A program made the position numbers and the translations under genes. This document shows positions 37,551-47,855 of a stretch of 64,000 bases of DNA, in pieces. The DNA is taken from NCBI RefSeq assembly GCF_964204645.1, contig NC_134036.1, positions 10,705,859 through 10,769,858 of the forward strand, given 5' to 3'. Source of the DNA: Tubulanus polymorphus (taxonomy: Eukaryota > Animalia > Nemertea). The stretch's first letter is position 1. Every line of letters starts with the position of its first letter. Below the pieces are notes generated by a model. It made no database searches, was not told where the DNA came from, and saw nothing but the letters and a program-made list of their open reading frames with translations.

Positions 37551-40077
37551 TGAAGGGATTCAGTAATTGTTGAACACAGGGGTAAGTCAATGGATTTAAA
37601 GAAATTTTTAGGCCTATAGTTAGAACATACATTGATATATTGTTTAATTGATTTTTGTAGGTCAGAAAGCAGTAGACCGCGAGCCCTGGGGCAGGGTAGC
37701 TGGGAAGGTTACCAGCATGTTGGGTTCTGCAAGAAAGATCTACTATGGTACAGCGAGGAAAAAGATATCATTTAAAGAAAAAATGGCTAAGCTTCATAGT
37801 AAGTGATTATGCAGCATTTTGTATTAGATGTTTATTATTTATTTCTATTGTTCATTACATTATGACTCTACCCTGATTATTATTTTGGAAAGTTGCTCTG
37901 ATAATTAAAATGACTTATGGCAAAGATTGGCAATGATTTCTTAATTCCGCAATTGGTGGTAACCTTGTGAAATAATGCCAAAAATCAAGTCAATTGTATT
38001 TGAAAGATTGTAAATTCAATGGAACTGTTGTTCTAACAAACTCCGGTATATAATAGTTTGTGAAAAATATAATTCGCAATAATAGGAATACTGCTCGTTA
38101 TAGCAGACAGTCAATTTACCGATCAATTTTGTTAATTGCTGTGAAGTTTATTTTGACAATGTCCATTGAATGTTTGTTAAAGACTAGTTGATAAAAATTC
38201 AAGTTGATCAATTCTCTAATTTTACATATGTTGACTGTTTTTTTCTTTTATACATCCATCATTTTCAATTCATATTGTTGTTTCAATAAAAACCTTTCAA
38301 AAATTATATATGACTGTGTTTGTCTTTCTTAGCCATCTAATTCAAGAAAGGTTACTTGGGGTTCTTGGATCAAATTTATAGCAGGATGGTAATTTTATTC
38401 ATAAAGAATGTATCTGGATCGAAATATTCCTCTAACATATCGTATATTATGGGTACCCTGTGTATAAATTATTTACAATAAGTGAAAGGAAATGAGTCTC
38501 AGGATAAAGTTTTTGTAAAAGAAGTGTGGTTCTGACAGCTGTATTATAAAGGTGAGTTTCTTGACTATTTCAAAGTTCATTTTCAAACTAACTTGAGTCT
38601 GTCCTTGAGTGAAATTGAAGTTTGTTACAGGACAATTGTTAGTCAAAATAGTGTTCCAAAAGTGGTAGCATTTGACATGGTGAAATATCGAATTATCACT
38701 AACAATTTCTATCTGATGACAGACTGGTTAATTTTTCTTTTGCCTAATTAATCATTTAATTTCCTCTGCATGCAACATACCAACAAATTTAAAACTATTC
38801 CATTTTCAGCAAGTGGTAGACATAGAATTTATTGAAATCATTGTTTCACAATAGACAAATTGCGTCGAACTAAATACATGTATTACCTTATATATAATTA
38901 ATTAAAAGCAAAAAATGCTGATACCTTTATGTTTTAAATTGTAATATTACAAAATGTTAGTTGCATTAACAGTTTTTAAGGTACACTCGTGCAAGCTGCA
39001 CCATATAAATTTTATTTACAATAATTACTGGGTTGTACCTTAAGTTTTTATCTAATGAGTTGAATGTTCTTTCAATCAATATAACAGGCTCTAGGAGAAA
39101 ATCAGCGAAAAGTGACATGCAGTTGGCAGATGAAAGCAATGAAACACTTTTAACCGCAACCCCTTCTTCGATACCAAAAAATATCGATTTCCTAAAAGGT
39201 CACGATGAGTGCGCGAAGCTTATTCTTAGTATTGCTCTAGAGATGTTCGATCGATTAAACTTACTTGAATAGCTTTGTCTGTCCCCTTTGAAAAACATTT
39301 GCTGTCTTAAAAAAACCTGTAATATATAATATGATAGGGCTTACGAAATGTACTGGAGGCTTTAGGCCTAGATTGACTATAATCGCACGGCGTCGATTGC
39401 CACAGATTATCAGATTATCGCCCACTCTCTAGGCCTACCTGACAATATTACAACTCTTACTACAATTCATTGTGGTCACAACCCATCCCTGCTTCGACTG
39501 CCCCGAAAAAACAAATAACTGAGGGAATTTACTAGCCTGGGACGGGTCAAATTATCTGACAGTTTGCACTTCAATACATGAAATAGGCCCATCGATGAGC
39601 TAGGCCTGAAGGTGAATGCGGTTAACTGTTGATACGAATCTTTTTTTCATTATGGGTTGACATCTTAACAGAATTACTTCAATATAGGCCGCGGTCTGAG
39701 TTAAGAATTTGAAGTGGAAATATTTCCGGGTTTCAGCGAACCCGGAAGTAAGTAAACAAATTCAGTCGTATTTTTACATTTATTGGGTCAACATGCAGCA
39801 AACATACACCATTAACGGCCACAAACGTAATTCTTTACTTACATTAACAAATGACACCCATTAAAGCAACTGGAATCGTTTCAAAGGCAACCAATTCATG
39901 ATACACTCCGATATTTTAACTATCGTGTCTAGCGAGGATGACTCCACGTCTTGCTGAAGATCGTGATCGCGCGCAATAGATTTGTTCGCGGCCACCGAAT
40001 AATATTGATTTCCTTAAAGGTCACAACAATTACGCGAAACTTCAAGGTCTCTTATTCTTAGCATTGTCTGTACGTAC

Positions 40078-41378
40078 GTGGATTGCCCAATTTGCTCGCG
40101 GCCGAAGACTCATATGCCGCAACACCTAAGAGTCGTCCATAAGTGGGGGCGCGTGCGATCGAGAAATTGGAATCGCAGGACGGAGGAAGACATCGGAAAA
40201 TCTCAATACAAGACGCTAGCCCCGTACAATAAGCGCAGATCAATGGTTAAATGTAGTAAATGTGGTTTTTACTTCAGACGGCTATCAAGCCACACTAAAT
40301 GCCTATCACGAGGTAACATCAGGTGCTAGTGACTTTGCGAATGAAATAGTTAATGAATGACCATGTCTTTCATTTTTATCTTTAGATCAGAGCAGTGATT
40401 CGGATAAAAGTTCAGATTCTGAAGTCGAAGAAACCAGCCCCGAAGACAGAGATAGCAGTGAAGAAGAGAATGCGGATGAAAGTGATGTGGAGGAGGTGAC
40501 TGGGGAAAGTGATGAAGAGTAGGAAGAGGAGAGAAAGGAAGTTAAAAGAGTGAAGAAAGTCCATCCCATGATGAAGAAGGGTAAGTCCTACATATTTAAC
40601 TCATGTGTTTGTTCGTGATGACCTAATTCTTATTTTTCCGATAGAATTTGATGAGGAATTCATGTCATGGCTTCGGCCAATGGCTGAAGAGGAGAAAACG
40701 TCGGAGGCGTATGTGCGCGACAGTCGACACTTGCTTGATTTTTGTAATGGCAAGATAACACCTACAAACGTAGTCGAGTGGTTGGAGGTGGAGAAAGAGA
40801 GTGGCAAAACGCCTGGGTCGCTAAAGTCCTATGTACATTCAATAAAGAATCGATTAATCAGGTTCATTCGCGACGTGAGTATAAATGCATGGACCTCCCT
40901 CCACTCGGTGGATGTTGTACCTTAAACCCTTCCCTTGTGCACCGTCTACTTCCCTTCCCTTGTGCACCGTCTACTTCCCTTCCCTTGTGCACCGCGTACT
41001 TCCCTTCCCTTGTGCACCGCGTACTTCCCTTCCCTTGTGCACCATCTACTTGGAAAAATTTTCACCCTAGCCCTTCCCTTGTGCACCGCGTACTTCCCTT
41101 CCCTTGTGCACCATCTACTTGGAAAACTTTTCACCCTAGCCCTTCCCTTGTGCACCGTATACTTCCCTTTCCATGTACACCGTCAAGTAAGAAATCCGGC
41201 ATACCCGACATAACATGCTACATATTGATGAAACTTTTGATTTCCAGCGTGGACACAAGGAATCGGGTATTAGACGCCACATGTTGGATCGGGTGGAAAC
41301 GCGCCTAGCAACATATGCTCAAAAGCTGCGCAAAGAATCAAAAGCAACGCAGCATGAAGTGCATGATAAGCAGCAAAG
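40078..41378 (+). pseudogene. 5' exons of an intron-containing tyrosine-recombinase (Crypton-like) gene; continues at 63712
   Basis: C2H2-like CPICSRPKTHMPQHLRVVH, an acidic exon (40386-40580, one stop), and a helical core-binding-like exon (FMSWL..TSEAYVRD..GKTPGSLKSYVHSIK); GT-AG boundaries. Confidence 0.55.
40926..41172. repeat. ~25-bp pyrimidine-rich tandem repeat (CCCTTCCCTTGTGCACCGCGTACTT)
   Basis: Directly visible. Confidence 0.9.
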
Positions 41379-41412
41379 TGGGCATACATACATACATACA
41401 TACATACATACA

Positions 41413-41755
41413 AGTAGTGATGGTGGGTTACTATAGGCCCGTGGTTAAATTGTGGTTGTGGTTAAATCCAAGATGGCGGCTGTCATGTGATCCAAGATGG
41501 CGTCCGTCCAAGATGGCGGCTGTGGTCACGTGATCAAAAATGGCGCCCCGATCCAAGATGGCGACTGCGGTCACGTGATCAAAGATGGCGCCCCGATCCA
41601 AGATGGCGGTTGTGGTCACGTGATCAAAGATGGCGGATTTTGAAATTTCGATGGATGCTCACACCAGCTGTTACCCGATTACTCATGCGATAATCCGCGT
41701 TCGAATAGATTAAACAATACCAAATAACGACAGTTATATATTTCAAACAATGTTA
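41413..41755 (+). repeat. Polinton left TIR with 45-bp internal repeats
   Basis: Reverse complement of 63336-63678 with about 4 mismatches; TCACGTG at 41526, 41571 and 41616. Confidence 0.95.
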
Positions 41756-41800
41756 TTTATTTCAAACCAAGATATATATATGTAATATAGGAATAGCGTT

Positions 41801-42354
41801 CTATTTTTTACATTTTATACATTTTTCACGATTATTGCTGAACGCCTTGGCACACACACCGTGAATAACGCATCCACAATATCTCTCAGTTTTGCAATGT
41901 TCCATACATATCGCGCACAATTTAATGTTGCAAACACGCGATAAACACTTAAAACACATCTGTAAATCAGATGATGTTTCGAGGTCATCTTTGCATTTTC
42001 TACAAAATGTTCCGGCAATACAGGACTGATAAACGTCAGGTGACTTCCAATCTTTACAGCGGCGACACATTGTTGTTCGGATCCTACGCGTCAAGTTATG
42101 AATAGCTGAACAATCTTCCATCGGGCAGTTGAAATTCTTTGAGTTACGTTCACCGTTATCTCCCAACATACCGAACAAATACCTTACTTACAGCATTTCG
42201 TCAGTTTTAAGTCCGAAATATGTACGATCATTCTACAATAACCGTGACATTATCCATAACCTGGTTCACAGTCGAAACTAATCATCATTATTTCGCTTAA
42301 TTCAATTTCGCTGCACTCGAAAAATGCCTTTTCTACGGTGATCAAGGAATCCAT
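41801..42354 (-). pseudogene. Cys-rich protein with C-terminal RING-like motif
   Basis: CAICMEHC...CGCVIHGVC...CIKC; upstream part disrupted. Confidence 0.5.
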
Positions 42355-42781
42355 TTTTTTTTTTTGTTCTTTTCGCAAGTATTAAAATGATGTTATGAAA
42401 CAAATCAAGCACAATCACGTCAGGATATTTGATTGTTGTTAGTTACGAGTTAGTAAAGTTTATGATGACATATGGTAACCAAAATATGAGGGGGTTTAAA
42501 AGTACTCCCCGTTGTGATATTCATTAGTGTTCGATTCAAAGAGAATGATATATTTACTATTGACGTGTCATCGGTGACATGCCATTGTTTATTTACATCG
42601 TATTGAATTATCGACTTGTATTGTACTATATATGTTTATATGTTTTCTACTATGATAATATTCATGTTCAGTCATATATTTTCGACTTGCATTATATAAA
42701 TACTTTTATACATCCTGACGATATTATTCATTCTTACTCGACACTCTCTACGAAATTCTTACTCAACACTCTCTACGAAAA

Positions 42782-43444
42782 ATGGCGTATTCTCCAGTAT
42801 TTTGGAAAAATGAAGAAGAAGTGGAAATTCATACCGTTCCGGTATTTTGTTCAGAGCGGGGCGACATAAAATGTCACTCCTGTATGGAGATTTTACGCTA
42901 TGGCGTAAACCCATACGAGTTTGTAACTAGATGTTGCAATAAAATAATTTGCGATACCTGCTTCGACAACGCGGCTGAGGACCAAGGGAACCAGTCAAGG
43001 ATTATGTGACCAATGATGCGAATCATTGGGTTCGAAGAACATCTAGACCCCATTTTCCGCAATGGGTGTACTGGTTCGGTTCCTGCCCTAAGGAATGATG
43101 AAGTATGCAGAGGGTGTGCTCTCCACTTCACAACCAATCAGATACCGTGTTGTCGTACGCCGATATGTTATGATTGCTGCGACAAAATCGATCACTCACA
43201 ACACCACCGATGTGAATTTTGCAGCACGACTCTGGACCTAACGTGCTGTGTGTGTTTGGAAGTGTGTATGGATACACCGACAACGTGCTGCGGAAAGCAG
43301 ATCCACGTTAAGTGTATTAAACGCTTAAAGAATATACGACATTACGAATGTCCATACTGCCGAAGAGATGACAGCGATCCACTGCCATCGGAACAATGTC
43401 GGTCAATTCCGATGTATGACATTCAGAACGCGTATATATTTTAA
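42782..43444 (+). pseudogene. Multi-RING-finger protein (putative E3 ligase) with one in-frame stop
   Basis: ORFs 42782-43009 and 43013-43444 are in the same frame across a TGA. Three CxxC..CC..CxxC..CxxC units are present; the last is CCVCLE..CCGKQIHVKC..CPYCR. Confidence 0.65.
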
Positions 43445-43994
43445 TATACGCGTATCTGATGTATACGAAAAAAAAAAAAAAACGGTCTTTTTCAAGACCA
43501 ACCTAAAATTCCAAAAAGAGCTGGTTACGTTTGCCTCTCCTCGCTTTGCTTTTGCTTTAAAACATTATATGAAAATATTATTTTTCATTTCTATTTCCAA
43601 GTTTATAATTAATATCATGAATCATTAACCCGGTATTCGTGGGGGGTACCATGTGTGACCAACCAAATAACACTAGGGGACAACCGTAATCCATATTTTT
43701 CCCCAATATTATATAATATCTATATAATAATACTATCGCCGTGAAATCCTCCCCTTACCCCACCGTTGAGTTTGAAGCTATCCTACGTAAGTATTTAACT
43801 AGGTACGAATACCGTTAATTTCACTTCAAATTTAGTCCTCGAAATAGATAGTCGTTTTGTCGTCGATATTTCCGAGAGCAGAAAACAAGTTCCGACCGAG
43901 ACGCTTCATTTAGACCATATCCAACCAAGGCTACAATCAAGTCCGGGGTAAGTGTAAAAAAAACTCTTTAAAGTATATGATATGTTTTATTCCA

Positions 43995-44462
43995 TTATAT
44001 CAAATTGAAATAATTTACAATATAGTCTGTAACAATCTCATCATTTTCCTTGCTATTATTCGAAAAATACTTTTCAATTTCATTCATATCCAGTCCGTGA
44101 CATAATAATATTTGTACAAACATCGCGTAATAACCACAAGTACTAGACATGACATTTTGATATTGAACAGAGTTATAATACCATTCCTTACAATTTTCGT
44201 GCATATAATCAGTTAATATTTCACCGTAAAAATTCGGTGCTTTGCCGAAAGAGTCAAAGAAAAATCCGATTTTAGATCCGTTTATAAATATGCTTAACCA
44301 ATGCGTACCAGGCTCATACGAATTATCAGTATTTACAATAAAACCATAAGGTTTCAAAATATTTACTGTCGGCATCATATCACACGGAAAAACACCTTTA
44401 AATCGAGGTTTTATACATTCGTCATGTTTCATTAATTCTATAATCTGATTAGTGTATAACAT
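43995..44462 (-). CDS. Adenain-like cysteine maturation protease
   Basis: NTD..PGTHW, FFDSFG, QYQ..SSTCGYY (His-Asp-Gln-Cys). Confidence 0.92.
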   Translation of the reverse strand: MLYTNQIIELMKHDECIKPRFKGVFPCDMMPTVNILKPYGFIVNTDNSYEPGTHWLSIFINGSKIGFFFDSFGKAPNFYGEILTDYMHENCKEWYYNSVQYQNVMSSTCGYYAMFVQILLCHGLDMNEIEKYFSNNSKENDEIVTDYIVNYFNLI

Positions 44463-44467
44463 TATTT

Positions 44468-45781
44468 TTAAAAATCAATGGTAATGTCTCTGTTTTCAGC
44501 GACTTGCAAAACTTCGTCAAACACGGCGAGTAAAACTAAATTTACATTGGTCGGTAAATCTTTATCAAATCGTAACTGAATTTTTAACGATCCGCGTTGA
44601 ATAAGAGACAAATGGTCGTCGCCCAATACAGGAGATATATTGAAAATACACATGAAATTTCCCGCTTTAAATTCGTCTCTTTTAATACCGAAATTCTCGT
44701 TTTTGTATAACATACCTCTCGAAAGTAAAGCGTTGAAATATGCCTCCACCCCATCCCCCTCGGAATCTAAAACCAATGGGCTATTTTGGATGTGAACATT
44801 ATTTACCGTAACAGACATTTCTGCTAAATTGTAATCTAAAAAATTGTAAGGGCATTTTCTATAATTACCAGACATTGCTTCGTCTTCTACAAAACAAGCT
44901 ATTATAGCTCTTGGAATTTCACCTAAAAACAACGAATCTTTAGTAATAGTTCTATGTCCTTTAGGGATATTAATCGTATGCATTTCAGATCGTGTAAAGA
45001 AATATTTCGCCATTTTCTTTCCCAAAGTATTAGCGTGAGCCATTAAAATAGAACTATCCAATTCACACGTTCTGACATGCAGCTGAGCGCTCTCTATTTT
45101 CAATCTATAGTCCGCGTGCTGGTCACCAGACATCAAAACAAAACTATCTTTTGATCTGAGTAGTTTCACTTGTATATCAACGTTATTCAATAGCACTTTG
45201 TCCTTTCTAAACACGTCGGCGTGTAATCTAGTGTACGCGGTCACTAACTTGCTGTTTGTCACATAATCATGTCGTTTCATTAATCCGCTATTCACACCTT
45301 CCTTCTTCACATCGAAATCAGATTTTTTTCCGCTTTCATCTTTTGCGTAAATGTCGCAGTTTAACCAAGAATAGTTTTTCGTTTCGTGGCTATAATTTAT
45401 TTAATTTTCAATTTCACACCTGAGCGGGTAAAGTCCATTGTCGTGCGTTACTATTTTATCGTTAAACGATACTTGGACGTCGCTGAAAGAACTGTTGCAA
45501 CTGTTGATCATAGAAATTGCGTTTCCTTCATCGAGATTATTTCCGTCGGCCCTTACAACTCGGAATTTCAATTTCAAATAAGTTAAATTCAAATCTATGT
45601 ATTTATCAGTTTTTGGAATTCTAAATACTATCGGCCCGTTGTCGCTAATTGAAGTTGATGATTCGTAAGCGACATAATCGCGGTGTTTGTAGCTAAACAC
45701 TGATCCAGGCACTGTAAACAAATCCAGTTCATTGCTCGCGCACAAAGGCGAATCGGGGTCCACTAACAGCGACATTTCCAA
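44468..45781 (-). pseudogene. Major capsid protein (double jelly-roll, PY) with one in-frame TAA at 45401-45403
   Basis: ELDLFTVP, GPIVFRI..YIDL, LLNNVDIQVKL, LFLGEIPR, PYNF, GSLKIQLRF; both ORF pieces share one frame. Confidence 0.9.
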
Positions 45782-45794
45782 TGAGTTAATTTTT

Positions 45795-46214
45795 CTAGTA
45801 GGCTTCTGATTCTGTTAAAGAATCGTTGTGTCTCCTACCACGTGCTACTAAACGTCCGCGGCTGATGCGACGCCGTTTCTTGCCTTTTAAAACCTGTTCC
45901 TTTCTAACGTTGAAAGTTGAATTCAGAGCTTCGCTCGCGGTCTCCGATGCACGGTTTTTAATAGAGACCCCTAACGGCCGTCCTCTTAAATAATCACCGA
46001 AAACCTTGACGCCTGTTTTTATTACGTAAGGTGTAACTGTGGACGCGATATTCTTCAAAAACGGTATCGCCTTACGAGTCAAACCACTCACCGCGGATCC
46101 TAGTCCGCGGCCACCCTGTACGGGGTGTGAGGTGTATATATCTATCCCTGATCCACCTTGACTCGAGTAATATTTACAACACGCGGCGTGATCTATTTGG
46201 CAAACAGTCCTCAC
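45795..46214 (-). CDS. Basic core/membrane-active Polinton protein (PZ-like)
   Basis: YYSSQGGSG..QGGRGLG, resembling adenain cleavage sites; Arg-rich tail; lies between penton and MCP. Confidence 0.65.
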   Translation of the reverse strand: MRTVCQIDHAACCKYYSSQGGSGIDIYTSHPVQGGRGLGSAVSGLTRKAIPFLKNIASTVTPYVIKTGVKVFGDYLRGRPLGVSIKNRASETASEALNSTFNVRKEQVLKGKKRRRISRGRLVARGRRHNDSLTESEAY

Positions 46215-47038
46215 TATAACAGTAGATGTTTTCGTTTGAAATGTAAAACGCAGTTAAATTTCCCTCTACGGAAATAAGGTATTTTACCGGATTCACGCCT
46301 TATAAAGATTTCTATCGTTTGAAAATTATTCTTCTGTACAGGAAAATACTGAGCCTTAGTAAATTCGATACCGACTATTTTTCCGACATGTCCAGATTTC
46401 AAAGCTACCATTCTTAACAAATTCGCGCTTTGACCACCGACCATCTGATGTTTTATTATGTCGGTATAAATCATTAAATTGTGATAATCAGTTTCGATAT
46501 CGACACAGCGCGAGGCGCTCACGTCTATATACTCGTACGAATCAAAATCAGCTCTTCTGACGGTCAACTTGGGTCCAGGCTCCTTGTCCCCTTGCCTTAC
46601 ATCCAGTAACGCGTTCGTGATCGGTATATGTTCTTTGAACCCCAAAATCCATGCAATATCTTCGGTAAAAACCAACGCGCAGTTGTCGTAAAATCTCATC
46701 TTTACTTTTTGTTCTATTTCGTTGAATGTAATTTTAATCTTATCTTTAAAAACCTCGTCTATTTTTTCTTGAATCGCCGCGATTAATTTTTCAATGCTCG
46801 AATATCGACCCTCTGGAATTCTTAGTTCTTTTTCGCCAGTTTTGGGTGTCACGCATTTAAATTTACCAGTGCTAACGTTATAGAAATCAAATACGAAATT
46901 GACTTGTTGCAAAGCGCACTCCCATCTCCCATCGAGTGAGACGGGTGCTCGTAGTTTTACTTTGAAACTGTGCGGCGTATTGTCGGGATAAATGTCAACG
47001 TTCGCGCCACTTTGAAGGTATATGTAAAAGTCGCTCAT
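46214..47038 (-). CDS. Minor capsid protein (penton, PX)
   Basis: MSDFYIYLQS..YPDNTPHSFKVKL..L.GRWECAL, IPEGRY, IYTDII..VGG..NLLR, YFPV, LHFK. Confidence 0.88.
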   Translation of the reverse strand: MSDFYIYLQSGANVDIYPDNTPHSFKVKLRAPVSLDGRWECALQQVNFVFDFYNVSTGKFKCVTPKTGEKELRIPEGRYSSIEKLIAAIQEKIDEVFKDKIKITFNEIEQKVKMRFYDNCALVFTEDIAWILGFKEHIPITNALLDVRQGDKEPGPKLTVRRADFDSYEYIDVSASRCVDIETDYHNLMIYTDIIKHQMVGGQSANLLRMVALKSGHVGKIVGIEFTKAQYFPVQKNNFQTIEIFIRRESGKIPYFRRGKFNCVLHFKRKHLLL

Positions 47039-47855
47039 ATCGATTGATTTTTTTATAATTCCTGTAGATTTCGCGCTGTTGAATTTCTCCGGATAGTTGT
47101 ACCAACTCACAAAGTATTGTTTTCGACTTCCTTTACCACGAGCCTTTAGAATCTTATCAATCTTGAATACTGAGCTACGGTCGATCCTTTTATTGAATTT
47201 AATCAATTCGTATTCGTAAAACGTACCTTTTATTTCCTCATTATCTATATCAGCGATACGATATACTTGTGGAACGCGATCAATACATTTTACAACCTTG
47301 AACAATTCTGTGCTATAGGACGGTAGATAGCCCTTTTGGAATTTTCCTTTTGTTTCGCTGATACGGACGATATCGCCGATTTTGAATTTGAATTTCTGCT
47401 TTTTTCTTTTCTTTACATCGGGGTACATACAAGGTTTTAAACACTTTATATTCCGAAAACATGTCGACATCAGCAGGTCGCGTTTTAATACTGCGATGGT
47501 ATGATTTGTTGTACGACGTTATTACGTCTTGAAGTACATCCAGATATTTGTAAGAATTTCGATGCGAAAAAACTTTATACAATTTTGACTTTAAAGTCCG
47601 TATAAATCGCTCTACTATAGCGCACTTGGTTTCGTTGTTAGTCGTGAAAAAATGAATTCCGACATCTTTGAAATAGCTTTGCGTTACACTAGCCGTAAAC
47701 TCCTTACCCGCGTCACTTTGTAATATTTTCGGCTTCCTTTTTCTGAAAATCTTCTTAAAACCTTCGATAACCGATGATGGAAACTTGTTTTTAATCGGTT
47801 CTGCGCATGCGTAACGACTTAGTACGTCTATCGTTACCAAAATGAATCGATGATT
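47039..47855 (-). pseudogene. Polinton retroviral-like integrase, C-terminal part (rve core + chromodomain), frameshifted near 47410
   Basis: IDVLSRYA, LQSDAGKEF, VERFIRTLK, YN..YHRSIK, FKIGDIVRIS, YFVSWYNYPEKFNS. Confidence 0.9.

Noticed and set aside
41431-41693. Repetitive ORFs in the TIRs (also 63398-63660) and satellite ORFs at 36262-37550
   Set aside because: They are by-products of tandem repeats, with no coding evidence.
46214-47470. 418-aa chromodomain-penton fusion protein
   Set aside because: The N-terminal part is the frameshifted integrase tail, whose chromodomain ends abruptly at FNS. Read-through most likely results from a small lesion; the penton has its own ATG at 47038.
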